DNA of 64,000 nucleotides from the human T2T-CHM13v2.0 reference genome, Homo sapiens (GCF_009914755.1 NC_060925.1), one strand, 5' to 3'; counted from the first letter of the stretch, positions 28,340 through 46,002 are shown. Notes: generated from the sequence alone by a model not told the origin. A program made the numbers and translations.

Positions 28340-28573
28340 GCTGGGCACGGTGGCTCCTGGCACTTTGGGAGGCCAGGGCACATGGATCGCTTGAGGCCGG
28401 GAGTTTGAGACCAGCCTGGGCAACATGGCAAAACCCCATCTCTACAAAAAATACAAAAATTAGCCTGGTGTGGTGGTGTGTGGTAGGAGGATTGCTTGGA
28501 CCCAGGAGGCGGAGGTTGCAGTGAGGCGAGATCATGCCACTGTGCTCCAGCCTGGGTGAAAGGGCAAGACCCA
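28340..28573 (+). mobile_element. Alu with internal deletions (intron 2)
   Basis: Alu sequence starting ~30 nt after the exon 2 donor. Confidence 0.9.
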
Positions 28574-28610
28574 AAGAAAGAGAGAGAAAGAGAGAGAGAG
28601 AGAAAGAAAA

Positions 28611-28675
<65 letters not shown>

Positions 28676-28813
28676 TCGGAAAGAAAGAAAGGAAGGAAGG
28701 AAGAAAGAAAGAAAGGAGAAAGAGCAAGAAAGAAAGAGAGAAAGAGCAAGAAAGAAAGATGAAAAGAAAGAAAGAAAGATAGAAGGAAAGAAAGATAGAA
28801 AGAAAGAAAAAGA
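28574..28813 (+). repeat. (GA)n/(GAAA)n/(GGAA)n compound microsatellite derived from an Alu tail
   Basis: ~240-nt nearly pure purine tract. Confidence 0.95.
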
Positions 28814-29065
28814 ATTGCAGGATGTGGTTCTAATTCTTTGACTTTTCTTTAGATTTTCTGAACTTAAAAAGTTTCTTTAATAAAACGCTTTTTTTAAAAA
28901 AACTAGTTTTGTTTAAAAAAAAACACCAACTATCTAAATTTAATTTAATATAAAGTTACTGCTATTAGCATTTTCTTTAGAAGAGTTAAGAAGTTCTTTA
29001 ATGTGGTTCCGAATGAACCAGTTGTTCAGATGCAGTAATTTTGCTCATCCTGAGCTAGGATATAA

Positions 29066-29311
<246 letters not shown>

Positions 29312-29522
29312 TGAAAACTCATTCTACTAAAGCTTTTAAAATTCGAAATTTGGCAAGAGGGTGAACATTGGACACTCGAGGCACCCGAGGAGGACCCTGC
29401 AACCGGATGATTGCTTCTGATATTGGGTTCTCAACAGGATGGTGCGTCACTGCCTGTAGAAAGTGAGAGTCAAGATGGCATCCAGGATAAAAGGAGCCAG
29501 ATTCCTTTTTTTTTTCAATTGC

Positions 29523-29814
29523 ACAGGTCCGTAATATCTTATCTACAATTCTATACTCCAAAAAGACTCTGAAAATAGAAAGCTTCTCATCACTCATTGA
29601 GTAGCAAAATCTGACTTGACATGAGACTCTTTGTAGTCTTTTAAAAATCTCATTTAGCATAAATATGTTTTGCTACAGAAATTTTGTGTTTGATTATGGG
29701 GCGGGTTTATGTGATATCCAGCATATGTGTACTACACTACTTTCTAAAATTGAAAAATTCTGAATTCTGAAACCATCAGGCCCCATGGGTTTGGATAAAG
29801 AATGGTGGGCCTGT
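29523..29814 (-). mobile_element. MER46C-like TcMar-Tigger element
   Basis: Ends caggtcc.. / ..ggataaag..gggcctgta; internal aaaaattctgaattctgaaac. Confidence 0.65.
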
Positions 29815-30227
29815 AGTAGATTTTCATCATGTGAGCTTAATGTTGTAGAACTTTTCACTGTCTATGTTAGCTTGGTAATATAAACAGACATGATAGATGT
29901 ATTTTTCTTGATACTACTTTCAGTGACAATGTGTCTTTGAGCTGACAGTACTAGCAAATATGAGTGCTATTTGCATTCCTATTATTTTCTCCCAGATAGC
30001 AGCAGTCATGTGTAAGAAAACACTTTGCATTGAATGTTAGGAACCCTGGGTTTTACTCCTCATAATCTCCCTTTTTGTCATGATGAGAAAATCACTTAAC
30101 CTCTGTAACAACAAATCACTTCCCTCAATCTGTGATATTCGATTTAGATCAGATAAATTTTAAGCCGGTTCTAAGATCTAAGATTAAAAAAACAAACTAA
30201 AAGCTTCAGGATCACCATTTTCATTGA

Positions 30228-30539
<312 letters not shown>

Positions 30540-31254
30540 TGATGGCCCCTCTCTCTCCAGCCCTATCTCTGACATTGCTTGGCTCAGTCTAGACCCCAGG
30601 AATACAGATACTAGTTGGCAAGTTTATTCAGAGGAGATGCTCAAAACAAGCCCCAGCCCAGAATAAACATTCAGGAAGAATTAGCTGTTACTGCTCTTAT
30701 TGTGTCATTTCTTGCCTTTGCGCTGCCCTGCTACCTGGGACAGCCTTTCCTTCTTTTCTCCTTTTCAATTAGGTAGAGAAGATGACTATCTTATTTGTCG
30801 TCAAGCATAATGTACAAGAACAATCTAGAAGGTTTCATGATGTTGTTGCCCTTCCCTAACTCACCCTCTTGCTCAAAATTGGGCTTATAATAGAATGTAT
30901 GGAATGATCCAGAAATGCTTTGAGTACTACATGATTTCTAAAAGAACAGAGGCCAGATGAAGATGGAGAGTTTATGAAAGGAGACTCATTATCCTGCTCT
31001 GTGCTTTCCCTATCTTTCACACAGTAACACACAGAACAGGGGGAAATATGTATTTGTATTTTATCTAATTAGACCTTCTGATTCTGTTTCTTGAGAGAGA
31101 ATGAATGCACCAAACATCCATCGACAACAGAAAAACTCCAACTTCCTTTATTTTTATCCAGCCATGCCTCCTTTTATGAAGTGCAGCGTCTGAGTGAGAA
31201 TTCATATTCTTCTAAGTCTCTGACCCTCAGCAGAGCTCTCATTGAAACTAGACC

Positions 31255-31340
31255 TGTGCTTCTCATACTCACCCGGGATCCTGTTAAAATGCAGTCTGAT
31301 TCATTAGGACTGGGGTGGAGGCGGAGGTTCTACGTTTCTA
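31255..31340. mobile_element. MER5A-like hAT-Charlie fragment
   Basis: tgttaaaatgcag..ctgattca..ggactggggtgg..tttctaacgagct. Confidence 0.65.
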
Positions 31341-31574
31341 ACGAGCTTCCGGGTGTTTACTTCTTTCACTGAGTTGAGAGTGAAATCAACGTAATCGTCT
31401 CACTGTTCACTTGTATTAACAAGGAATGTCCTGAGGAAGGCCAAGTCATCATAGCCGCCCCCGCTTCAGAGACTGAACCAGTAATGTATCCATAGATAAG
31501 ATACGGTTCAAATATCAGAAAAGCTAAATGAGGAGAGGGACTTGGAGATGACACCATCACCCCACCACCTTGTC

Positions 31575-31594
31575 TGTGTGTGTGTGAGTGTGAG

Positions 31595-31625
<31 letters not shown>

Positions 31626-31630
31626 AAGAG
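31575..31630 (+). repeat. (TG)n(GA)n compound microsatellite
   Basis: Direct reading. Confidence 0.9.
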
Positions 31631-32823
31631 CGTGCATACATTCCCCAAGAGAGTGAAAGCGTTGGTGTGAGTTCCCTTTTTGCGGCCTTCAATGCATTAC
31701 AAGGAGGAAACGGCCCCTCCCGCATCATTCCTGCTACTTCTCAATTCTTAAGAACTCAGTTTATGCAAAATTTATAGGGGCCCCACATACTTCAGTTTTT
31801 CTTTATCGTCACTTTTATATCTCAGTCAAATATGGCGGCCTCCTTGCCCTTTAAGAACTGCATAAAATTGCTTTACCTGGTCAGTTCCACAGCCTGTGGG
31901 AGCACAAAGCCATTCCCATGACTCCGGGATTTCTTCACATCCCCGGGAGCCCACCTTCTCTTGGCCTCCTTTGCCTCTTGGTACCCCACTCCCTCTCACC
32001 TGGTATTGGCCGTGTACCATGGTGGTCCGGATTTGAAATATATCTCCTCCACCAATTCCCACAGACAACACTCACTCAAAAGATGCATGGGTCTGCTGAA
32101 GACCTACGGGTCATGAAGAGACCTCGTTGTGGATGGCACGGGCGATAATTTAGAAATCTCTAATCTGCAAATTTTGACCTCCAAAATCCTTTCTGACTCC
32201 CTTCCCTGGCCTCCCTCCTTCAGCTGTTTTTTCTTTTGAACTTTCTCCAATGTGATGTCCAGATTCTTCTTGTCTTGCTGGGTCCTCCCATCTTCTCCCC
32301 AAATTGCCCTGGAAACTGTCAAAATATTCTCTAATATACAGAGCAGGTCAGAGCTCCTCAGTTCTTAATCCTAACCTAACCTCTTATGCTCAAAATAGAG
32401 AAATGGCTCCCCCTTAGTAGAAAACATTCTCATTTGAAGGTATTGAGAATAGATAAAATAAACTTTTTTTCTAATATGTCTGAGGTAGTCAGTACTACAA
32501 CTAATGTCTTACAGATCTCCAAAGGATATATCTAACCTTTTTTAGGTTTTACTATTATCTTTTTGGTTACAGAGGCCACTTTATAGCGCTTGACTTGTTT
32601 ATTCTTATTTATTCTTCATCAGATCAATCTTGTAGAATTAAATATTGGAGAAGTAAGACTTGATGGGAACGACTCAAATATTTGGTTATGATATAATACT
32701 GTCCAAAGATATGGAGTAGACTAGAAAGGGACATTCTGGTGTTCCTGCAGGGATGACAAGTCTATCAGTTCCCAGATGACTGATGTGGAAAGAAAATATT
32801 TTCCCCATGTAAATTAATCTTCA

Positions 32824-33143
<320 letters not shown>

Positions 33144-33651
33144 AGCTTTATAATTTGAATGTTTCCTAACATAATTTAAATAGCAAGTTTGATTTCTGTT
33201 GAAATACAGTCTATTAATAACCTAGCTTTGAGGCAGAGAATGAAGATGTTTCTGTTCATTTTAAATTATACAAAGACCAGAATTTCCTCTTCAGTCATTG
33301 CCACTGACCAAGTTATTTTTACACCAAGTATAGATTTAGCTGCCAATGTATACTTCTACTTTTGGATGAGGTGAAGATTTATAAATTAGTGTATATGTGT
33401 TAAAAATATTTGTTATGTCCCATAATTTGGAAAATTATATGCTTTAAAGTTTTAAAGAATAGATTCACCCTGAATTACCAGCTTGCATTATGACTTTAAT
33501 GGGCCCCAGGTGGGCACTTTGGCCTCCATGGGCTCCTTTTCTAGAAAAAGGATAAATATTAAAAATTAGATTTTATGGGTTCATTGGTATAAAGATTAAT
33601 AAAATCCAGGCCAGATTTATTATTACATATTTTTTATTACATAATACTTTT

Positions 33652-33999
33652 CTTTCCTTCCTTCCTTCCTTCCTTCCTTCCTTCCTTCCTTCCTTCCTTC
33701 CTTCCTTCCTCCCTTCTTTCTTTCTAGACAGAGTCTCACTCACTCTGTCATCCAGGCTGAAGTGCAGTAACGTGATCTCGGCTCACTGCAACTTAGGCCT
33801 CTCGGGTTCAAGCAGTCCTGCCTCAGCTTCCTGTGACTACAGGCACGCGCCACCAGACCCGGCTTGTTTTTGTATTTTTAGTAGAGACGGGGTTTCGCCA
33901 TGTTGGCCAGGCTGGTCTTAAACTCCTGACCTCAAGTGATCAGCTTGCCTCAGCCTCACAAAGTGCTGGGATTACAGGGATAAGCCACCATGCCTGGCC
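33652..33999 (-). mobile_element. AluS with (TTCC)n tail
   Basis: Reverse-strand Alu; tail converted to a microsatellite at 33652-33723. Confidence 0.93.
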
Positions 34000-34101
34000 A
34001 CTTTTTTCCTCCTGATTTAAAAATAAACTAAAATCAAAACATTTTTACAATACGTTTAAGAGTCCATAAAAATGTTTTGATTTTAGTTTATTTTTAAGTC
34101 A

Positions 34102-34457
<356 letters not shown>

Positions 34458-35037
34458 TCAAGGGAGGGTCAGCTTTGCTGAATTGTCCTATAAAGTCAGA
34501 AACAACCAACACATGTTCCATGCAAGGACTGGTCCTATTCCTATCAATCTTCATCCCTGCCACAACCAACACACACACACACGCGTGCACACACACACAC
34601 TTTTTACATTGAAATGAAATCCTTCAAAGTTGTCTCTTCAGGAAATAGCACTTTGATTCTAGTGATACTGTCATGACTGAAGTTTTTCTAAGAGCTAAAT
34701 TTGGAGACCTAAGCTGAAAATATTACATTTATGATTTGTTTTTAAAACAGAACTCTCTTGATGAAAATTATATTTTAGCTACAAGAGAAGGATTTGATTT
34801 TTAAAGTATTAAACTTTGAAAAAGCCTAAGTGTAAACTTGGATATTGTATTATATGTGTTTGTTTAAAGTGATCTTTTTTAACAAAAAAATCAAAGGTCA
34901 CTTAGCGAAATGGTTATAAAACTAAGCTTGCAACCCTCTGCTAAATAATAAATATGTTTTATTGCTGAGTGAATAACTTAGAATTATATTTGTCCATTCA
35001 CCAGAAACAAACAGTATCTACTCTACTTTTCTTGCAG

Positions 35038-35086
35038 TATATTCTTTCTGTAAGCAGAGAAAATCTAAACAAGGATCTATTGACTG
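35038..35086 (+). CDS. KMO: KMO exon 5, YILSVSRENLNKDLLT(A)
   Basis: Acceptor ttgcag|TAT, donor CTG|gtaagt; 49 nt. Confidence 0.96.
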
Positions 35087-35232
35087 GTAAGTCTAATGTT
35101 TGATTCATCAGTTGTCATTTTGAGTAAAGCACATGACACTAATCTTGTCATATGATTTATTGGATTTGTTTGCTGCTCCTTTTTATGGGTTATGAAGAGC
35201 AAGACTATGTACACTACAAAGTCCTTCTTGAA

Positions 35233-35540
35233 GCTAGGTCTGATAGCTCATGCCTGTAATCCCAGCACTCTGAAAGGCTGAGGCCAGGATCGCTTGAGTC
35301 CAGGAATTTGAGACCCGCCTGGGCAACATGGAGAGACGCTATCACTACAAAGAATAAAAAATTAGCTGGGTGTAGAAGCGTGTACCTATAGTCCCAGCTA
35401 CTCAAGAGCCTGAGGTGGAAGGATCACTTGAGCCAGGGAGGTCGAGGCTACAGTGAGATATGAGTGATGTGATTGTGCCACTGCACTCCCAGCCTGGGCA
35501 ACAGAGTGAGACCCTGTCTCAAAAAAAGAAATAAATAAAT
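35233..35540 (+). mobile_element. AluJ
   Basis: TSD aagtccttcttgaa on both sides. Confidence 0.92.
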
Positions 35541-35573
35541 GAAGTCCTTCTTGAAAATATCAATTGCCTAAAG

Positions 35574-35850
35574 TTTTTAGAGACGAAGTCTTGCTGTCAC
35601 CCAGACTGATGTGCCATGGTGCAATCATGGCTCACTGTAACTTCGAAATCCTGTGCTCAAGCTATCTTCCCACCTTGGCCACCCGAGAAGCTGGGACTAC
35701 AGGCACATGCTACCACATACGACCAATTTTTTTACATTTTTTTTAAAGGCAGAGTCTTTCTATGTTGTCCAGGTTGGTCTTGAACTCCTGGCTCAAGTGA
35801 TTCTCCCACCTCAGACTCCAGAGTAGCTGGGATTACAGGTGCTAGCACCC
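35574..35850 (-). mobile_element. AluJ
   Basis: Diverged reverse-strand Alu. Confidence 0.88.
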
Positions 35851-36023
35851 ACTTCACTGACAATTCTCTGAATTGAAATCATTTGTTCAACATATACTGA
35901 ATCCCTATGGTCTCCTAGGCACTGAGTGAATGAGTGTTCACGCTGATGAAGAACTCACACTCTAATGGAACGACAGATAAACTCAAACAATTTGCAAAGT
36001 GACACAATTAGATTTGCCTTTTG

Positions 36024-36406
<383 letters not shown>

Positions 36407-37106
36407 TCAAGGCATTTCCATAATCTCTGGGCACAGAAGGGCCCAAGAATAAAGCTATAGTAATGTGGCTGGAGAGTAGAGTGTAGATTCATGATATTTG
36501 TAAGAGAACAAATCGAGAGATAGGGGATATAGAAAGTTGAGAAAGAGAAAGGTGTAAGTAGAACCCTGAAGTTGTGAATTTGTGTAACTAAAAAAAGCCT
36601 ACGTGTTCATGGAAAAGCCACTGGATTACAAATTAAATTTGTGGTTTGCGTAGTTGATCCAGTCACACCCTATGTATCCCTTACTAAGTCTAAGCCTACA
36701 CTGTAGTTGCTTTTCCTCCCTTCAGCATTTGCATTCAACGGATTTATTCCCAGCAAAGCATGCCACTTAATATTTCTACTATCTTTTAAACTAGTCCCTC
36801 GTGATGGAGCCCAGTAGACTCTGATTTTTAAACAGAGACTGTACATGATTTATCTTTGTTTCTCCACAATCTCCTCAATATATCTACTGAATGTAATTGA
36901 ACGTAATGGGATTCAACTGGGAGGAGGAGGCCTATGAGGAATTTCACTTTAGTTGATTCACCAGATACAAGAAAGAGGGTTTAGTATTATTATTAATTGT
37001 ATTTCCTTAGTTATATTTGTCAGACTGCCTTTTGGATGGATAGATGGGTGGAGTGGAGCCAGTTTGCTAGGTATATTCAGGTTGATCTCAAGAAAGCAAA
37101 TGAACC

Positions 37107-37268
37107 AGCCGGGTGCGGTGGCTCACATCTGTAATCCCAGCACCTTGGTAGGCTGAGGAGGGAGGATGGCTCGAGCCCAGGAGTATAATTGCATCACTGC
37201 ATTCCAGCCCTGGTCCACAGAGCAAGACATCAACTCTAAAAAATCAAAACAAAACAACAACAAGAAAA
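37107..37268 (+). mobile_element. Alu with large internal deletion
   Basis: Left-arm start fused to right-arm end. Confidence 0.8.
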
Positions 37269-37349
37269 CTCCACAAAACAGCTTTTACAAAAAGCAGTAC
37301 AGCAGACCTATGACACTGTCTTTCAAAAATCCTCTCAATCTATCAAGAT

Positions 37350-37590
37350 AAAACTAATAGCAAACATTCATCGAAGCACCAAGCTGTATCTTAAGTGTTT
37401 TACATGCATAGATTTGCATAACCCTTTCAACAACTCTATGAGGGGGAAATTACTTTTATTTCCGTTTTATAGATGGTGAAATGGAGGCTTAGAGAGCTTG
37501 GATCACACTGTTAGTAAGTGGTAGAATCTGGATTTAAATCTGAGTCTGTTTATTCCAAAGCCCATGCTTTTAATTATTATGACTTCTGCC
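37350..37590. mobile_element. MIR
   Basis: caacaactctatgag..ttttatagatggtgaaatggaggcttagagag..gatttaaatc..ccaaagcccatgct. Confidence 0.8.
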
Positions 37591-38129
37591 TCCAATATTA
37601 TATATAAAACATCTGCTAATACTAAGGAACTTAAAACATGGGAAAGGTACAATCTTGGTGTACACACCAGAAGTTCCCCAAATTGTCTTTCACTAGGAAT
37701 GTGCTGCATGGCACACAATTTCATAAATGCCATAAATACATCAATAAAATGAACGCTGAATCTCTTCACTCTTAAACTTTGTTGGGCATATAAAGTTCAT
37801 TCTTTCTTTACGAGGCATCAAATGTGGGAGGTTTTCATTCCACACATTTAATCAATTGTAAATTCTCATTTCTCCCTAACTGCACAAACTCCTCTCTGAA
37901 AACATTGTTGCTACATGATTTCCCTACGTCGGCATTTCATGCGGGATTGTTTCACGGTTCATCTGCTATTCTGTGAGATGTTAATAATTATTAAGCCAAA
38001 GCAAACAGACAAAGGATGTGTGGCCAAATAAGTCTGACAAACCTTGCATCAAACAAGTTTTCAGTCTTTTTTCTTATAGTACTTCTCAGGGCTTTTATTA
38101 TATTCTTGGTCTGCATTGTGGATCTTCCA

Positions 38130-38730
38130 GAGCAGCACAGTCCAACATGTGGCCACAAATACCAGGCACGTGTATACTTTTCCAATTTATGCTAACCATG
38201 TTAAAAAAAAAAAAAAAGCAGCAGGTGGTGTTATGTTTAATAAGATATTTTAACCTAGGCCAGGCGCAGTGGCTCACACCTGTAATCCCAGCACTTTGGG
38301 AGGCCGAAGGGGGTGGATCACCTGAGGCCAGGAGTTGGAGACCAGCCTGGTGAACATGGTGAAACCCTATCTCTACTAAAAATATAAAAATTAGCTGGGC
38401 GTGTTGGTGGGCGCCTGTAATCCCAGTTACTCAGGAGAATCTCTGGAATCCTGGAGGCGGAGGCTGCAGTGAGCTGAGATCATGCCATTGCACTCCATCC
38501 TGGGCGACAAGAGTGAAACTCTGTCTCAAAAAAAAAAAAAAGATATTTTAACCTAATATATCCAAAATATTATTTCAATATGTAATCAATATCAGAAAGT
38601 TATTCACTGTCATTCTTTTTATATATACTTGTTCTAATTTGCCAAAATCCCATACAGGCAACACATCTCAATTTAGGATAGCCACACTCCAAGTACTCAA
38701 ACACTACCTGTGGCTGGACACCAGGGCAGC
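38130..38730. mobile_element. MER33 (hAT-Charlie) interrupted by Alu
   Basis: aatatatccaaaatattatttcaatatgtaatcaatat..cacatctcaatt..tagccaca. Confidence 0.7.
38258..38541 (+). mobile_element. AluSx-like
   Basis: Perfect 16-bp TSD aagatattttaaccta. Confidence 0.95.
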
Positions 38731-40034
38731 ATAGCCCAAGACAGAGTATTCAGCATTACTCTAGTCTTTGGCAATGGAACAGTTTTTTTAGGGAGTATAT
38801 CCCAGGAGTAACGTTCTACAAAAAATTATTTAGGATGCAAAATACTATATACTTATGTAAAAAATAAACATAATTTTTTAAAAAGTTTTTTTCACAAACA
38901 CATGTTATGTTTCTAAAATATATCCTTAGTATATCAGGTCAATTCTGATTACTTCAAAGTTATTTGCCAAACTACTTCTTCTACATAGATGAATTTCTTT
39001 GGTTTAGGGTCTCTCAGATTTTGCAAGAAAGTTAAAATCTTCAAACCCCAAATCAAACTGAAACAAAAAAGAGTAAAATAAGACAAGATTGAGATGAAGA
39101 GAGGAGATAAGTACAGGCAGGAATAGAACTCCTGCCTTATTTTCCCCATTTTTTTCAAATTCAACATTCTTTTTATTTACGTTTTTGACATATAAAAACT
39201 GTACATAATTAATGTGTACAACTTGATGAGTTTGGTCCTTAATTTTTTCACTTTGTGTGATCTCAGGCATTTTACCTTTACTTCCAGAATCTTAGTTACT
39301 CCCTTTTTAAGATGAAGGATTTTGAACTAAATCATCTCTGAAGTCTATTCCAGCTCTAACACCTGTATTCTGATTTATACCTTTAAGAACAATAAATAGG
39401 CTATATTTATAGATGAATACATGAGCATTAATAGGGACAAAATCACATTTTACTGTTGTAACAAGGGCATAATTAATAGTTCATAAATTGAAATTCACTC
39501 AATTCTCTAGAGTGCTAGCAGGCAAAACAGAAAATTACGAAAATAATTTGTTTCAGTTTATTGAGAGGTTTCAAAGCTTCTTACTCATTTTCCCCCTAAC
39601 TATTCCAGTGTTTGATTTCAAAGAGATTTAAAATCAACAATCTCTATTTGTGACAACTTCAATCAGAATTCCAGAAAACTAGCTAAAAAGAGATATAGAG
39701 ACATGCGTAATATGAGGAAAGGAGTTTGACTGAATATTTCCAATCACAACAAAGCCTCGGATTAGAGGCGACTTCTGAAATATGTGATGCTTGCTTCTTT
39801 CCCAGGGTGCTAATAATTACAGCAATGCAAGAGTTTGCACAATGGAATCAGTTGGATGTTTTCTTTTTGAGATGAGGATAATTGATTTTTATTCATCTGT
39901 TTTACTACCAAATTATACTGAAATAGTTACCAAACAGTTGTCAAATTACCATTTAAGTGAACTTATTTTTACATTGTTATGAATAAAATTCTCTACCATA
40001 CTGTTCCCAGAAAACAATTACTATTTCAATTTGA

Positions 40035-40181
<147 letters not shown>

Positions 40182-40559
40182 TAACTACGGGTCAGGTTTT
40201 GGACTTCAGAGGTGAAAGCTGGGAGTGGAGAATTGTATCTGCAAACTTTGTTCTTTGGCTCTTTTGAAAGAGTTAAAAGATTATTGAAAGGATCATCCAA
40301 ATAGTTTCTAGATTCAAGGAATTTTAGATTGCAAATAGGCCCTGATGGCCATCTGAACACCAATGCCAATAATTCTTAATTCTCACACTTGCTCACCTTC
40401 CTACTGTACTGTATTCCACACTGGTGACTCTAATGTGCTTCAAACTCTCTCCTCTCTCAAATATACGTGACCCTCCACTGCTCTCCTCCTGTTCTCTTTC
40501 CAGGTGCTATTTCTCTGCCTTTCCTTGGATGATTCTATTTCCTCTAAGGTTCCAAGCCT

Positions 40560-41320
40560 CATATGCCACTCTTGCGATATGCTATGGATCCACGCTCATG
40601 GGTTCAACAACCACATCTCTAAGATGAACATTTCCAGTCCAAGCCTCTTTCTTCATTCTAAATCCTTATAGAAGCTCAAATCAATTTATGTTAACTTCTC
40701 ATCAAACATCCTTGCTGGAACATCTTGCCATTATCTCAAACATATCTAAAACCTTGATCACCTACTTCTCCCAAATCACATCCCATTCCTGACTTCCCCA
40801 GAACTAATGCCTGAATAATTTGAATCATTCATGATGTGTTCTTTCCCCTGTCCTCTCCCATTAAATCTATAACACTCCCCAGTCTATCCTACTTTCTACT
40901 GGCTTCAGAGTCTGTCTTCCTCCTTCTAGCTGCAGGACAGTACTTCCGGCTCTCATTCCTGCACATGTAATATAATGTGTTGCCATCACCTCATCCCTGT
41001 TTTCTGCTCCCTTTGGCATTCGGCCTTCTCTTCAAACTGCCAAGGAAGTTTTCTTAAATTGCAACTCTTCATACATCATTCCCCTAATAGATAATTTCAG
41101 TTTCCCTTTTGCCAGAATAATGTTTTAAAATCTTTTATCTTGACATTCAAGATTCTCTTCTTTTCCCCTTCCTTTCTCTCCCTACCTTGTATTCTTTTCT
41201 TAAGCTTTTCTTCTAATACCTGTGCTCAAGACAAATGTATTGTTCTTAGAAAATCCTGTGGTTGTTCATACATTCATTCGTACACTTGGAACACTTGCCC
41301 TGTTTTCAAGATTCTCCTCC
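40560..41320 (+). mobile_element. L2 fragment
   Basis: ctcatgggttcaacaaccac..atctcaaacatatctaaaacc.. Confidence 0.55.
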
Positions 41321-41556
41321 TTCATGCAGAAATCTCAAATCCTGTCACACTTCTGTGGCCTACCAAGTCTTTATTAATCAATATGGTGTTGTGCTATTCT
41401 CATAAGCAAACTTATGACTGGGACAAGTGTTTTCATCTAAATGTTACATCTATTAACTCAAAGCTCCAAGTCAAACATGTGAAAGTGAGCTTTCTAAGTT
41501 ATCTATGGAGCCACTACTTCTCATACCCAGAGGTACATCATCATTTTCACCACTAG

Positions 41557-42360
<804 letters not shown>

Positions 42361-44331
42361 TTACAACCCTCTTACTGGAAACACATAAAGGATTTAAATA
42401 ATATCGTTTGTCTATGTTCTCTTGGGAGAAAAAAACAGGTTGATGATGAATCCTTCAGTATACTGACAATCCAGAGTTCTTATAACCATGATTAAATCAA
42501 ATAATAGTTATTAAATAAAATGACTAGAAAATTGTTGTAAAGTGATTTCTATTGTGTTTTTCTCATTTCCTGGTTAAACCATATGTGACTGGAGGCAAAT
42601 AAGTGGTATGTAATGTTTTCATGTTGTCATAAGCAAATAAGTGTAGGAACTTGTTAAGAAAAAAATGCTAACAGAAACAATAAGGATATTGGCTTATAAG
42701 TATGGATATGCAAACAACATTAAATACTTGATTTGCATATAAAGCATACATTTTTAAGATGCTGATTTAATCTATCCTCTTAAATCCAGACAAGGGTAAA
42801 ATAGCTAGTCAATATGGGATAGTGTTGTTAAATACTAAATATCAGCCAGTAAAATCCATATTTTCACATTTCATTACCTTTCTGTTTCATCCTCATGGTC
42901 AAAATGTATTCGCTAATTTTTTAGTGCTTATTGTACTGGTTTTCAGATAGCTTCTGCTCTCATGGCCCAGAATCTGATAACTCTGGATATAGGATAACAG
43001 AATTCTGTTGAAAAATTGTTCCAGACTTAAGAAGAACTGTGCTTGCTAAAGTAGATTTAAGAAAGCCCTTTATTTTCTAGGTATACATAATAAATAGTAA
43101 TAATTGATGGTTTTAAAAAATGTCTCCACTCTTTTAAGAACATTGTTTAGGCATGGCAATGTGACTCAGACATGGGAGCATTTTGACATGGCCCAAAAAC
43201 AAGCTTATGAGACTTTCTCTATTTTTCTTTGTGTCTTTTTTTTCTTTTGTTCTTCATGTAATGTGTGAAATAGACACTTGCACTCTTCTGATGGTTGGAG
43301 TTGGGGGCAAGAGATTGGGTAAATGGCTTTCTACCACTAGTATTACTGTTAAAGCGAAGTAATTGCTTTTCATATGTATTCCTCTTGCCTATTGGACGGC
43401 ACTGTAAGGTCAAGAGTTATGCACGTACTCATTTCTGTGTCTGTGTGTTGGGCTTTCTTTGGGAGTCTGAGGCTAAAAAAACAAGGAAGACACAGTCCCT
43501 TCACCTAAGACACAAATAACTATGATACAGTGTAAAAATGTTAGCTCCAAGACTATGCTGTTTTTTTGGTATTCTTACTCTGTAAGCTATACATGGAAGG
43601 TGCTCTCAAAACATCTGTAGAAAATAATACAAATATGAAATAATTGGAAAGTTGATTGCATATTTCTATGTATATAATACCCCTGGGAACCTTCAAAAAT
43701 GTGCGTCACTTGGGTCTTTGGGTCAATTGATCTACCCAAGCAATTAATACTTATTCAGGCTGTTATTGTATTAATAGTAATTACAGAGGACCCACTAAAG
43801 AGATAAGACTCTTCTCTATTATTTATGTTATAGGAAACAAACGATAAGAAGCTTGTTTCTAAAATTTTGGTTTGGCTCATGAAATTTAAATGTAAGACCT
43901 TTTTGTCCAGTATAGATAAGTTCTGAAATAAGGCAAAAGATAAAGTAAAAAATATATATATAAATATATAATGTATGTGCATACATTATATATGTGTGCA
44001 TATACACACATGTACACATCTAGATATGTGCATGTGTGTGTACATATATACCAGGTATAATTATACCAGCTATGATTCAAGATTTGAGAACATAAGATGT
44101 TCTCTCTCTCTGTCTTTTTCCTTACATATACACACACACGCACGTATTCTGAAATCTTGAAATATACCTGGTATCAAAAACCTACCTAAGGTTGAGTTTA
44201 TAAAGACAGAACACAAAGTGTTTTCTAAGACAACTTCTATTTTATGTAGCAATAGATGTGCGTATCATCGTGTAGATGCTACTGGTTTTAGTTACTGTGG
44301 AAACTATTATAAAGCTGAGTCCGTTTTATAG

Positions 44332-44457
<126 letters not shown>

Positions 44458-44818
44458 TAGAATTTTTTATCAACTGTAATTTTGCATTTGTAATTAATGT
44501 TGTTTATTACTTACATTTGTACTTAGAATGTATCTACCTAATTGATCTCTTCATTGTTTAATCCATTTAGTGATTATAGCTTTGAAACTTTGGGATTACT
44601 GAGGAAAAATCTGAAGGATTTCCAATTATTTACTTTGGAAAGGAGATTTAACTTACATGAATGGATAACAAGAGTTTATGTGTGGTGGTGCCTGTCATCT
44701 CCACTAAAGACAATTTAGGAGGAAACAGCCCTTCCAGTAAAGCCAAAGAGATTTAGGTTATCTATCAGGAAGTGATTCAGCCTTTAAGGTCTGTAGTACA
44801 TTGGAATACGCATTATCA

Positions 44819-45139
<321 letters not shown>

Positions 45140-45145
45140 TCATTA

Positions 45146-45613
<468 letters not shown>

Positions 45614-45807
45614 AGTGTAGTATTTGCTGTGTGAAAATGGAGAGTTTACAATATAGAAATTGTCCGAATAATCAAAGAAGCTGGAGAGCACCCCTGGGAC
45701 TTGGCAGAGCTTTTCTTTGGGAGCAGGGGAACAAAGTGACAGTGCCTTTCCTGTCTGCTTGGACATTCCTTCCAAAAGCTCCCTGGTCACAGCAAGAAGT
45801 CTTGTGA

Positions 45808-46002
<195 letters not shown>

